Source of the DNA: Podarcis vaucheri | Taxonomy: Eukaryota | NCBI GenBank assembly: GCA_965113315.1 | Contig: OZ220368.1 | Direction: 5' to 3' (one strand) | DNA length: 64,000 nucleotides | Part shown: one piece after another, positions 50,920 through 64,000 of the stretch | How the letters are laid out: each line of letters starts with the position of its first letter | How positions within the stretch are numbered: the first letter of the stretch is position 1 | The notes under the pieces: model-generated | Database searches by the model: none | Seen by the model: the letters and a program-made list of their open reading frames with translations, nothing else | Told to the model about the DNA's origin: nothing | Position numbers and translations under genes: made by a program

Positions 50920-53900
50920 TATTTTCCCCCATCTCCCTCTCCCCTCCCACCAAACTTTCTTAATCTCAGCAGCCTCATTCTGTTCCTTTGTGGAGCACTA
51001 GCAATCCAATGCACGATTCCTGTGTGGAAGGAGAAAGAGAAGAACATCACTTCACAGACCAGCAGTAGGACTGGCTTACATGGTTACAATTTGTTCCATA
51101 CCACCGAAAGCTGCAGTTTTCCTCCTGCATTCCCAAGGTCTTTCAAAGGCAGAATCCTTTCAGCTGGGTCCAGCCAAAATACATTCTTTTAAAAATCTGG
51201 TTCCAACATCCAAATGTATTTATATGCACCTAAGCCAACATTTGGATACAATGTTTTTTCTTGTCCAGAATTTTCCTGCTAAAATTGTCTTAATTATTGT
51301 AATAACAAGGCTCCCAAGGAAGATGAAAAACTATTCCTTCATAATATCCATTAAAGATCCAGTCAGATGAAAGCAAATGAGCACAGGGAAATGCTGTGTG
51401 AAGCATTTGCAACATGGTGCCACTTTTGTTTCCTGAAAGAAAAGCTGGCAATGATTTAAGCCAGCAGACAAATCTGCCTATAGTTGGAACCCCTGGTTTC
51501 TTTAGCCAACCCGAGAAGACTGTGGGTTTGCCATGTTAACTGGAGAGCAGGGGCCGAACTTCTGGCTGTAGGTCTTCCCAGAGCACTGCCACCTGCTGCC
51601 TTCAGGAAAACCTAAAGGGGTCTACCAACAAAGGGGGGTGACTACCAGAGTTCACTGCCTAAGAGCCTCTCAAATGTGGAGCCAACCCTGAAGTTCATGG
51701 TCAGCCAAGTACTGCCATCTTTTTGACCACATGCTGAACAGAAGCTTCTGCACTTCACCACGACAGAGTTGCTGCTCTGTTATTTCTCTAAAAGGGAAGA
51801 TAGGAAAGTTGATTAGCTATAGATTTTATTTTATTTTTTGTTCTTGTTATCTTATGCAGTCATGCGCTTCTCCCTACCCCCCCCCCCCGGACGCAGAGAA
51901 GTTGTGAAACTTTCATAGAACTATGGGGTTCTTTTCTTTGGTAATTCTGGAGAATTGAGAGCTTCATGCCATGGCATGTCTCAAGTGAAGCTTTCACAAT
52001 GGGAGTACTAGAGGCCAGACTGAACTCAGACAAGCTTTGGGTTATTCTTCTCCCTCCTCCTCTCCCTTCTTTGGCTCAGCCAATTTGAGTAACACAAGAA
52101 GTGCACACAAGGCAGGGATTTCCCTTCTGTTGGAATAGCTGGCACCATAGGCTATTGTTTCACCCTTTAGCCTAGGGCTGAGCCCAACCACTGTGGTCTG
52201 GAAAAGTAACCAAAACCTCTTTCCCAGGAGTGGAAGTTGTTTATGGCAGAGTGATCACAGCTCTCTCATGAGAGTTCCTAACACAGCTCCTGAGAGCCAA
52301 ACTAGACACGATGATGGCAGTTCCATGTGATCTAAGCATGGCATGGAATTGCTCCAGTCATGCAGGAAGAAAGGTTGGGTACAATTTGAATAGCAAAAAA
52401 GGGAGCATGTGGATGAGACAGCACTGAACCCTGCCCTCCACATGCAACTTGGTTCTCCACAATCCCTCTACTGCAAAAGTTCTAGTATCAGAATTTTAGT
52501 GACAAAAACAAGTCACTTGGGGTGAGAAACAAGGTGAATTAAGTGACAGGCAGGGAGAAGGTTCTGTGTTTCTCATCCATCCACACCTTCTGCTAGTCAA
52601 ACCCAGGGCAGACCAATCCAAAGGACAAGATGACGGCCACCCACCCAATTCCACATGCAGAAGTTGACTCGTCTGAACGTTGAATGTTACTTCAGCACTG
52701 GCATTAGGATGGCATCCCCCAAGGTTCCTGAAGGTAGCAGGGGCTGCGGGACCCTCTGTGTGGCACAGAAAGCTTCATCTTCCAATGGAAGGGGATGCTG
52801 CTTCCCAGAATTTGGTACCTGAGGTGGTTGCCTCATTCCACCTAATAGTAAGGCTGACCCTGCTCAGATCCCCACCTATTTCTGTGTAATTGGGGCAGTT
52901 CTATATGTTTCAGCATACATGACTTGCCTTGGCACATGTCATTTGGCCTGCCCTTGCTAGAATGGGATAGCTGGCAATTTGTGTTAAGAAACAAACAGTA
53001 CCTGTCAGGGTAGAAATATGGAACAAATTTATTACCTAGTTTGGCCCTCAGCAGGTCTTAAATGTAGGCAGGTTGTGCAGCGTGGCTGGTTGCAGGAGAC
53101 TGGAAAATCTGGTACCCAGGAGGCGGAGAGCAACATGGACATAGTGTTTCAAGTAGCCTCCCAGCCTTATTGCTGCTTTTCATAGACTTTGTTGGCTCAC
53201 AGCGATGTTCTCACAATGAGGTGAGAAAATACTGCAAATACTGAGTATCTGGAATTCCCCTGGCGGGCCACAAATAGTCCAGGAACAGCATGTGCACCGT
53301 ACGTTATTCAGGTCTGCAAATTTGTGCAGTCCCTTTTTATCCAGATCAACATATTTTGTCCTATGCCTGTTTTAGCCATAGTTACACAATCGCTTTTGCT
53401 TAATGCATTGTTTTGGCCTTCTGCACTTAAATGTCCAGTGTCAGCTTCCCTCGACCTCCCACATTAGCATGGGCCAAATTCCACCAAAACCCACCCACTC
53501 ACCCAATCCACATTGGAAATAAGTCTTTTCCCTGCCCCAAACTTTTCCAGAGTCAATCGCTCCATTAATTTTTTACATTTCATCCTGGACCTGCCCTTGA
53601 AGGGAGTGCAGCACTGGGATTGTGTATCTCTGCTCCCACATTACTTACTCCAAAGGAAATCAAAGGGTGTCTTCTGCCCAAGCAAAAAAGGAAAAGGAAA
53701 AAAAGGATTTAATTAGAAAGCAATTAGTTGGCCTTGCTCATTAAATTACTTCAAAGCAGAGCCATCTCCCCCTGCCCCTTCTTGCTCTCCCCACACCTCT
53801 CAGCCAAAGAGTTCCTAAAATTCCACGGTGGCTCTGATCTCTGTTCTTTTTGGAACGCAGGAAGGACACCAGAGCCAGCAGAAAGGGGAGTCAAACAAGT

Positions 53901-56900
53901 GTTTCCAGCCGAGGCATTTAAAAGTGTCCTTTCGGGAGAGAATTTGAAATTAAACTGGTCTTTTTAATCTTCTGCCACAGAGACTCGGGACTTGGCTGCT
54001 GCCTTGCATGCTTGGGTAATCGCTTGGCCTGGCTAGCGTTGTGCCTTGCATGTGGGGCTGCCCTTGATAACAGTTGGAGATTCAAGAGATCACAAGTGGT
54101 TCAAAGGGTTATTTATTTTATCTTTGTTTTCAGTGATGATGAATTTATGCATCCTTGCTTTTTGATTGGTTTGTTGATTTTAGCCATTTTTTTTTCTCTC
54201 TCTGCACCACCTGGATAGTTTTTTCCTTAATCAGTTGGTTTATGAAATTTCTAAATAAATAAATAGCTGCATTTGACCACAGAAACCATATCACAACAAT
54301 CCTGATATTTTGACCTAAATTCAAGGTGCTTATTTTTCCTTAAATGACTTGCATCTAGGATACAAGGCATGGCCCAGTGTACCTCGCTGGCAGCTGCCGC
54401 CATTTTCATTGGTGGGGAAATATTTCACATTCACCTGCAAACATGTTTCCTGAGCCAAACAGCTATTATACAACTGCTGTCCCCAGGGGCAGGACGAAGC
54501 TAGGCCATCGAGCCTTTTCCTATTTGCTGTAATCAGGTAAAATACGGTAAAATAAGGAAGCAGTTCAGTACTGGTGTATCTCAGCTAGCAATAATTGATG
54601 TTTGTGCAGCCATGTGATTGCACAAAATTGGAAACATGCAAGCAGGATGCAGACATCATTTTAGCACGCAGGGCATATTAATGTTTCTGTAAACAATGAC
54701 CCTTATCTGTACAAGCCCCAGTGGGAGGAATTGGAAGAGTGTCTTCCTTGCAAAATCTGAAAAAGCTTTGGTGCTTATACTTTTAACCACAAATAAAAGT
54801 TGAGAAAGAATGGTTTGGAACTGACCTAGAAAGACCGCAGAACATCTGGCCAAATACCCAGATTTTATGAATAATGCCTTTCCATTGTTAAAAAAAAACC
54901 TCTGAGGAAAGTGGTTGGGGACCATCACTTTTCTGCTTCTGATTTTAGATCAATCCTATGACACACACACACACCCTGCACCTCCAGGCATCCACTGTAT
55001 TGGCACTGTACCAGTGAAGTATTGTTACGGGGTTGGTCTAAATGTCCTCACAGGATCCCTTCCAAACTAGTGACTCTGGCTGTAAAAGATCCAAGATTAA
55101 CAGTATAAGGAACTGGTTTTGCAAGAGCTTTGCCTGCGGCTTGTCTGCTACATTTGTGTATGGGCCAGAAAGATGGGAAGATGACTCACCCCTTTGTCCT
55201 TTTCCTGGCCAGGGTGTGTGTGTGTGAGAGAGAGAGTGTGTGGGTGCATACAAAATCTGCAGCTCTGGAGTTAGACCAAGTTGATCCCGAGGAACCAACG
55301 GCAGAGGGCTGAGCTGCTCTCTGTAGGAAATTGTGATGGCGCTGGCAGGAGTTTGATGGTGAACAGTGAATTTAGGGGCACCTGTTGGGGTCTCTCATGC
55401 TGAGAACGTCCACCTATCATCATCTTGTTTGTTTGTAAATCAGTGCAAATGCTACAAAACTCCTGAAGTCTCTAGTTCCTGAGGAAACAGAGCCTGAGTT
55501 CACACAGCACCCCTGGTGTTCTCACCACTCACCTTCAGAGAATTGGGGTAGGGCGAGCATAACGGTATATTGTTACATGCACCCCCACTTTCCCCCAATT
55601 TCAGGGGGCACAGTACTTACTTACAGTACAGTACTTACACACAGGTTTGGTTTCCTTCGGATGAAAAGATCACTGGAGATTTATGGGGTGGTGTTTTGTA
55701 ATATTTCTTTACAAATATGCCACATTGAGCTTAGATGGTAGCAAACACTCCAGCAGCACAATCCACAGTCCCAAATCAGAACTGCAGAGAGAGAGAGCTT
55801 TGAAAACCAGGGCTCAAATCTAGCCCTCTTGCCTCTTTCTCAGACCTCTTCAAAACTGCAGTCTTTGTTTCTCTCACAGACACTGATCTTGCTTACATCA
55901 TCCTTAGCTGGGAGTGGGGGTGCAGAGGGAGAGAAAGCTGTGCGCTTTTTGCCAAGATAGCTCTCACCTTCCGGAGGAATCTCCAGCTGCTGCTTTGTCA
56001 TTTTGGGCCGTTTACCTGTAATTTTCCTTACAAAAAAAAAAAAAAAAGAATGTGACAACTTTGCCACTGACTATTAAAGAAGTTTCAAGCAGCGCTTCCA
56101 ACTCCATTAACTCTCTCCTGTCCGCTCATGTGACCTGCTCTCCCAGCAGCAAAAAATCAAAACCACGAGGTCAGGAGAAACAAAAACTCACGTAGCAAAA
56201 CCGACAGTTACTCTCACTATCTCCCTGGCAACTCTGCTGCCACCCACCAATTGCAGTAGCATTCGCTGCTTTAATTTCACCATATTGGCCGTGCAAGCAA
56301 GGCACCACCCAGCCAGCATGTGGCTATGGCCAGAAGGTCAGAGAATTCACCCAATGCCCCCTCCACCGCACAAGACATAGGCAGGCTGTTGGGAACAGTC
56401 CGTGTGCCTGGTCATGGGCAGGAGGATTTGTATGTAGAACGCGTAGTTGACCCAGGAGAAAGGTTGGAGTCCTGCTGTAGTAGCAAGGAATCTGCACAGA
56501 TGTAGCTTAGGCTACTGCACACAACACTTTTGCACTGGGTGTCTGTGCAAAGGTAGTAAGGGAGAGGGATGGTGTGGTGCCACATTGCAAGGGCAAAGCA
56601 AACAGCTTTGAAATATGGCTGGTAAATCCAGGAGCAGGTAAATCCAGGTTGGCCCCTGCCAAGGGTGTGGAATATTCAAGGGCAATCAAACCAAAAATTC
56701 AATGTTTGGTATTGGTAGATAGGCAAATGATAGGAGCTGAAGCTCTCAGAGTTTTCCTGTAGGTTTGCTAGAGAGCACTCTGTGAAACACTCCCACTGTG
56801 CCCTGACAGGCATAGCCATATTTAATGTTCTTACCCATGTGGGCACACTCCTCTTTTTTTCCCCTTTCCCTTTTCACTCTTACTTCTTCATCTCATCCCC

Positions 56901-57404
56901 AAGCCCAAAATGTGAGAACTGTTAAGTATGAGCTACAGCTCCAACGCCACCTTAAGCTAAAGCATGTCTTTGAAGCAGGCCCAAGAGGGGTTGGGCGCAC
57001 AAAAGTTGTGCCTCTTTCCACTCTGGCTCAGAGTGGCTAAGAGCCTATCAACGTGCTCCTTGGGCCACTTCTCTGCTGCCCTGGGTGGCCAGCATCTCCT
57101 TGCCAAGGACAGAAGGGACGTGTGTGTGCTGATACAGCTCCTTGCTAAGGGCCCAAGAGAGCCTAGGTAACTCAGTGGGGACAAGCAATGGAATAGGAAA
57201 TAGGAGGTGGGATTGAGTCCCAGGCCTGGGAAATGCACTTATATTTTGGCTTTTCTGCCAGCAACCGTAATTTGGGAGGGGAAAGGAACTAGAACTTAGG
57301 ACCCCTGTTCCAAAGAGCAACGCCTTAACACACAGCCACAGAAGTCACACCAATGAATTCTTTGAGGTCCCTAGGAGCCTTAGCATTTGCGAGTTCCCTT
57401 CCAT

Positions 57405-58125
57405 AAGATCAGAAGAAGTGCCTGCTGTATCAGGTCAATGGACCCACTAGTCCAACATCATCTTCTTCGCCTCATAGGGGACAACCAGAGCACAAGAGAA
57501 CTCTGCCCTCCCACAGTTTCTGGCAACTGGTATTCAGAAGAATTACTGCCTCTGGGAGTCAGAGCATAGCCACCAGGGCTAGAAGCCACCCACAAGGCAA
57601 GTTGAAGCAACCAAGACAGGTAGCAGGATCCACGGGGCAGCAGATCCAGCCACCAAGGAATGCATTGCCCGCTGCTGCTCCTGCCATAGTGGCAACAACG
57701 ACTGCAGCATATTCTTTGGAAGCTGGGTCTGCCTTTTCCTCAGCAGCCCTCCAGTGCTGCCTCTACAATGGCCTCTTGGGGAATAGGAGGCACTGCTTGT
57801 TCAGGAAATGGTGGGGGCTGCCCTCTGGGGTCTCCTGGGTTCTGACTCAACTGGTGTGATTCAGAGTGGACCCATTCCCCCCCCCCTCAGCCTTTGATTC
57901 CCACCTCAACCATCAGGTAAGGCTGATTTGATACCCCTGCCTTGTTCCTGAGGTAGCTCTTCACTCCTCCCACATTCCCTGGTGGATGAGGTGCCATTTT
58001 GTGGTTTGCCTCAGGTGCCAAAATGTCTTGGGCCACCCAGCTAGCAGCCTTATCCTCCGTGGATCTGTCCAGTCCTCTTTCAAAACCATCCAGGTTGGTA
58101 GCAATCACTGCCTCTTGCGTGAAGA
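57405..58125 (-). mobile_element. CR1 3' fragment split by an inserted segment of about 450 bp that ends in a hAT-like terminus
   Basis: 57405-57590 matches the CR1 3' UTR seen at 33345-33530. 58040-58125 reads QEAVIATNLDGFERGLDR (CR1 ORF2 end). The intervening DNA ends gcctcaggtgccaaaatgtcttgggcc. Confidence 0.65.
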
Positions 58126-59879
58126 AATATATATTATTAAGATGCCAAATCAACATAAACAGTGATTGCACATAGGCTGGTGTTTCTGGTGGCTACCTGT
58201 CTCACAAATGTGCAACCCCTATTCCTTAGATGCTCATCAAAACCAAAGTCTGAAAAACTTGCTGAAAATAGTGCTGAAAATCAACATCAGTGCTGAAATT
58301 TTAAAAAGAAAGCACCAAAATTCCAGTAAAATACTGAGTTAAACATGGTGGTGGCTAGTTGTGTTTTTGAAGGAATCATGTTTCCACCCATAGGTTTTAT
58401 GTATTGCTATGCCGCCAGCAATCTCATACTATTTCAGTCTTTTTCTCTCTTTTTTTGAACTAAGAATTCTGCATTCTTGTGATATTTTTACCTGAGTTCC
58501 CCCTTCAGAGTGGTGTTTTATTACGGGTGTATTCTGTAGGATGTTCTCACCACAATAGCAGTCTCCCCTTCCAAACGCTGAAACAAACAACAACAATCAA
58601 AATTTCATGTTGCACGCTAGTAGGACAGAAAAGGGATGTAGTAAGTTGAACAGCACGTGCGCGTCTTTGGAGCCTGAATTTGAGATTTTAATTTACTTTG
58701 CGTATTGTATTTTATTTAAGGCATTAATGGATCCCCATCCCTGCAAGCTGACTCCAGGGAATGTATGATTCAGACGTCTTCTCTGTGCTCCCCCACCCCT
58801 CCTCTCCAGGTCGTGAGCATTTTGCAGCAAGGGACATTTTGAAAAGTTTTTTTAAAAATAAAATCAAGAGACAGCTGGCAACTCTCAGCATGTTTGTCCA
58901 CCGTGGTAGATGCTGCACCGTAAAGGTTCTAAGGTGGAATGTTCTTTGTTGCTAGGGCTTCTTTTTCTTCGCCCCTTTAAATCAAATGAGCTCCTTGAAT
59001 CCTTTGCTAGAGGAAAGGTCAGGCACACAGAGTGTTGCTAATGCTCTAATGAAGAGCTGGGGAGGGGGGGTGGCAGCAGTGAGACATCAAAGGAGCCTTT
59101 GCCAGTACTGGAGGGTCTGTGTGTGCGGAGCAATGCATAGCTGCAATGGCAGCACAAACCCCAGCCAGCCCGAAGGCTTTGCTTTCTCGGCTGCTAAGTG
59201 GATTTGCCTCGATCCTATTTGCTGGGGAAATGTGGCTGAGCAGATCTCAGCTTTACCCTGGCGTTTAGGAGAGCTGCCTGTGAGTGCTGCTGGAATCTAT
59301 TTATTTCATTGAAACAGCTTTGCTGAGTTTAATTACTACCCAGCATGGTGTAGACCACAAACTGGGGCAGGATGGCAGGGGTGGCAAAGGCTGCTCTTGC
59401 CCTGGTCACGACATCCACACACAAGGGCTTATACAGCTTAACAAAACCTTAATGGGATTTGCTTTCCTAGCTGTTCTCACTGGAGGGGAGGGTTAACAAA
59501 GCGAAAGAAGGAGCGGGAGATTCGAGATTTTTTAAAGCATGGATCATGAACCCACTGCTCCTGGACTGTTGGCTCACAAAAATGTTGCCATAGAAGAGCG
59601 TCTTCCACCACTCCTTTCCAGTATAAGAAGTGCAATGGGAGATAATTTCAGGTTGCCCATTCCAACACATCACCTTGAAGCAGTAGTGCTGGAGTAATGC
59701 ACATGCTCTTGAATAAACCCTATAGAAGTTCTGTTCTCTTCGTCCGTTATCACAGATGACACCAGATCTTGGTAAGAGTTTTCGAGCAAAAACCAATAAG
59801 CCTCTGAATATGCTTTAAGAGTCCAATCGAGAGCAATATTTTGGCAAAGCAAATTACATAGGCAGCCGATAGACTTTTC

Positions 59880-60060
59880 AATCTGCATGCAAAAGGTACT
59901 GGGTTCAACAATGCCTGGCACAGCCAGCTGAAATGAGATGGAGATGAAAAGGCCCCATGTCTGAGATCTTGGAGATCTGCTGCAAGTCTCAATAGACAAT
60001 GCTGGGTTCGATGAGTCAATTGTCGTCTGGCTCAGGATAAGGCAGCTATCTGCATATTCC
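59880..60060 (+). mobile_element. Degraded tRNA-derived SINE (family of 47280-47460)
   Basis: tgcatgcaaaaggtactgggttcaa...tagacaatgctggg...tctggctcaggataaggcagct. Confidence 0.55.
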
Positions 60061-60134
60061 TATATGGAATGTCAGCAGGGTTTTCGGTCCTTGGGGCACA
60101 AGAGGCAAAGTGTGTCTGAAATATTGCAGTAGCA

Positions 60135-60261
60135 CAACCTTCCCATTTCTCCGATGAAAATAGCAATGTCCTAAGGAAAAACAGTACATTCTGGGATCAA
60201 ATCAGATGGCTTCTGTAAATCTGGGACTGTCCCTGGAAAATAGGGACACTTGGAGGGTCTG
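60135..60261. mobile_element. Probable hAT-type MITE fragment
   Basis: Ends gggactgtccctggaaaatagggacacttggagggtctg, which resembles a recalled squamate MITE terminus. Left end unclear. Confidence 0.4.
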
Positions 60262-63200
60262 CCTACCCTCTCCGGTGTCAGAGATTATGCTGTCTTGCAA
60301 GATACAGGTTTACCTTCCTCCTCAATATTAAAAGCTGTGTGGGGCAGGTTGCTAGGGGAGAAATTAGAACCAAACCAAGCTTTTTACTTCTGTTTCAGCC
60401 AGTTTAATGGGGGGGGGGATCCTAAAACTGGTCCACATGCTCATGACCCCAGCTCATATACAAAAATAAAACAAAACCATCAATGGAGTGTAATGGAAAA
60501 ATTGTCAGGAAAGAGGCACTTATTGGCACATTTGGTGGAAGTACTCAGTGTTGGCAAAGTTTTGAGCCATAGTCATTAAATAGATAAGCATTCTTACCAA
60601 AAATAAAATTGAGAGGGATCCTTGTCCGTGCCTTCTCCTGATGACTGCCGGGGATATTCTGAAATCCTCTCAGAAGGATTGATATTATTTATGCTGCTTG
60701 CTACATGAGAAGATGTGCCTAGTCTTACTATAGGTGTTAGGTATAAAAAAAACCCCTCTTGTTATTGCAGTATCTGAAAAGCTGATGCACCAGTTGACCA
60801 TATTGCAAGGAACATCAAATCTGTTTATACTTATTGTATTATAATGTATTTCCTACACTTTTTTTTACCCCTCTCACTTTTTTCTCACTCACCCCCCCCC
60901 CCTTTTGTCAGTCTATCTTCTTATAAATGAAATTCTTCTAATTAAATATAAATAAAAAATGGTTTTTTTGCGGTGTGGCAAGATTTCATTTTTATATGAA
61001 CAGAGCAGACCAAAGTAATCATATTCCTATTCAATATAACTTTATTTGGGGGGGGGGGAATGTGATTTTTTTGTTTTATTAAAGATTAGCCCTTATGTAT
61101 ACCTGCCATGCAGCCACTATGTTAAGACTGTGGTTAACATGTTTCATGCTATTTATATGTTATTGTTTACTATAGCATTAATAATTTTAAAAATAAATTG
61201 CCAGATGGCCATACCACTAGCATCATTTGTTGTAAAAGTCTTGAGAGCAAGTTTCAACTCTTCTGTGGATGGATTATTAACAAACCAGCACCACTAGTCT
61301 GAAGCATATTGATCTGACTCTAGTTCCCTACACAACCAGGGGTGCTGGTTAGAGATGAGACTTACAGATAGTTCTAGTTCATATATTCACACCTCAACCC
61401 ATAATCCTCTTAGTGTGACAAAATCAGGTGAGACAAGAAGACCAATCTAATGTTGCTGTTTAATTTGAATCTCTGGATCAAATTTAACATGGTAGCTTTA
61501 GGCAGATCACTCTCTGGTTCTGTATATGCTCCCATTTGCTCAGCTTACAGTATACTCCCACCACTGGTTTTGGAACCAGTGTACACATAATTATTCTGTT
61601 GCGTCTTATGAAATACTGTGGTTTTCCCCAAGCCAGCTTCCAGCCAACCTAGCTGCATTTTAGGCCGGTAATGTGTATATAGCCTCCCTCAGCCTCTGCT
61701 TCCTGTGGGAGACCCAGACTCAAGTCGTGTGTTTTTATAACCTCTTAAATTTGTGCCCACAGTAGATTCTCTGTTTCAGATTTTTAAATTCCCCAAACCT
61801 CAATCATCTGCTACCTCCACAGTTTCTTTCAGCCTCCTAGCCATTTGAGGAATGTCTCAATTCCTTATATAAAACCAGAATATCTGATTATCAGGAGGGT
61901 GTAGAACAGCAGAGTATTTGGCACATAGGGGTGTTCAGATCTTTAGCCATATTAATACAGTAGACAAACATAGATTAATTACAGCATCAGGAAATCAAAT
62001 CACGGAAACATATATCATAAACATAACAGAAAATAAGTTGTTTCTAAAATGTTCTCTGCCTAGTTGAGGGCAGCTACATAATTGCTTGAGTTGGAAGAGT
62101 CCATTCCCCAAAGCCAAGTTCCATGGCAAATGTGCATTATCCCAAGTAAAAAAATGAGGAACAGGAACGTTTTCCTCAAGCAAGCATCAGAAAGGAGGCT
62201 TAACCAATCTGAATTTGAAATCTGAGCCACACGGGCACAAAGGCATAAAGGATTTTAGCACAGAAAATCCTTCAGGATTGAGCAAAAGGATCTTCTTGGT
62301 TCCCACCCCCACCCCCCACTCGCTGGACAGTAGCCAAGCAATATCTTATAAGACTACATAAGGCTGGGCTTGTGAAAAGTCCGTCAGAGCAATGGAAAGT
62401 ATGAATGGAAAGCCAGGGCAAGATTCTCCTGCACGGTAACAAGCTGGTTCACATTTGGGTTGGAAATTCCAGGAAGCATAGAACCTGATGCCAATCTGGG
62501 CAGCCTGTCGAGTAATTTGGGAAATTCCTCACAGGAGCACAGGGCACTTAAAAGATTCGTAATGCAGCCTGCATCAAAATGGTGGGCACCGAGTTTCCAT
62601 GCAAAGTGTTAGGCCATGCAAAGGTTATGGCAACACTTCACCTTCTGTGGTGCCACCAACCTGTGGGCAGTACGACATGATTTGACTTTCTTGACTAAGT
62701 CATGTTAAGTTTCTAGTGCCGTCTGCAGCTAGGGGTTGGCTAATTTCCTACTACTGAGATGAGCTGTTGGAAGGAGTTCTGCTAAGTCAGTAAGTTTAGC
62801 TGAAGTGTTAACGACTCCTATATAGAAGTCCAGGCAGGCTCTACATTCACTACTGGTGGCACCTTGAGTTATTGTTTGTCATACCAGAAGCTGAAGGGCA
62901 GTGACACGTACTGGAGCAACTCTGTTCAGATCCACCAGAGGGAAGCATCATGCACATCTTTTTGCTGGCTCAAAAGCATAACAAACCTGTACCTTGGCAT
63001 ACCACCACATGAACAATAAGAGTGATTTATGCTACAAAGAGAAAAAAGTGTACATGGAGAAGACAATGCAGCTTCAATTTATTACACATTGAATCGTTTT
63101 GTACAAAAGCTCTAGTACGGATATGGTGGTTCAAGGGAAGTTTGTATATCTGCCTTTTAATTTAAGCTGAGAAAAGATGTGACATCCAAGATTGGCAGTG

Positions 63201-64000
63201 GCTACCATTTTATTAGCAAAGAGCTAAGCTGTGGGGGGAGGAAGGGGTCCTTTGTTGGTTCCCAATATGGTTCCAAGCCTTCCCCACATCACATTGCAGA
63301 TATACACTTCATCCTCCCCCATAGGCATTTAGGGAGCTATAATAACCCAGATTTTCTGAGGCTGGAGCCAGTGCACTCCCCAGCCCCTAACCACATTCGT
63401 CTTTGATTTGATTCTCTCTTTGTCTGCCTGCTCTTAATTGCAGCTCTGTTTCCTGTAGTTCTGCTGCCTCCCACCCTCTCCCAACAGTCTTGTTTGATGG
63501 GCCCTTGGGTCAGAAGTCTTTCCCCACTGCCTCATTAGTGATGCATAGCCCAGCCCATTTCACATCCCAGCAGCCTCGTTAACGAGCTGCAGCACCACAC
63601 CATCAAATCCTGCTCGCTAATTATTATCATCAGCCGTTCGTGTTGCAGATGTGGTAGAGCCAGTGGTTGCTGAGTAAACTTTCTCAAGATCAGCGCTTTT
63701 TTTTTTTTTTTTTTTTTAAGGAACAGGTGCCAGCAACCTAATGAGAGTAGCATACAGGCTACATTCAGAGGGCTGGAAGAAATTTGACAAATTTGTGCCA
63801 AGGCCCATCCGAAGAGACCCCATAGAAAGAAAGAGTTTCCTATCTCAAAAGTGGTGTCGTTCTCAATAACCATCCACATTAGTAGTCAGACTACAAGCTT
63901 TGGGCTGGAATCTTGAACAGGGAGGAAGTCCCATTGAAATTAGTGGGACTTATTTCTGTGTTTAATATTATGTTCTTGAACACACGGTATGCCAAGTCCA

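Noticed and set aside
50728-51192. Longest ORF in the window (154 aa)
   Set aside because: It runs through a (GATTAT)n microsatellite and a low-complexity tract, has a non-ATG start and has no recognisable domain.
55879-56055. Acceptor-flanked frame containing RNLQLLLCHFG as the next BH-domain exon
   Set aside because: The rest does not align to p85, the frame runs through poly-A into a stop, and there is no donor.
1-64000. CRISPR arrays, operons, rRNA/tRNA genes, or nested TSPAN1/POMGNT1 exons
   Set aside because: The DNA is eukaryotic and intronic. The tRNA-like boxes all belong to SINE heads, there is no regularly spaced repeat-spacer array, and I saw no tetraspanin- or glycosyltransferase-like peptides.

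Overview
This is vertebrate genomic DNA, almost certainly from a squamate and probably a lacertid lizard, judging by the Sauria SINEs, Penelope, CR1 and L2 fragments and Tc1/mariner and hAT MITEs. It is not prokaryotic, and nearly all ORF-track entries are chance ORFs. The only well-supported coding sequence is three phase-1 exons on the + strand (1798-1893, 2402-2479, 45981-46112). They splice in frame into the N-terminal half of the RhoGAP-like BH domain of a class IA PI3K regulatory subunit (p85 family). The sequence is diverged from PIK3R1 and PIK3R2 as I recall them, so it may be a long PIK3R3-type isoform or a further paralogue. A 43.5-kb intron splits the domain, and I found neither the SH3 exon nor the next BH exon in the window. 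The rest is intronic and repeat-rich. Notable local structures: (1) a Penelope-derived perfect 78-bp inverted repeat carrying a minimal hammerhead ribozyme core; (2) an inverted MITE dimer sharing one TA; (3) a young Sauria SINE with a 15-bp TSD; (4) a duplicated TATA/GATA/CCAAT/splice-donor module; (5) a speculative spliced antisense micro-gene spanning two of the PI3K exons. I cannot demonstrate a wholly new biological system here. All homology statements come from memory of the families, not from searches.
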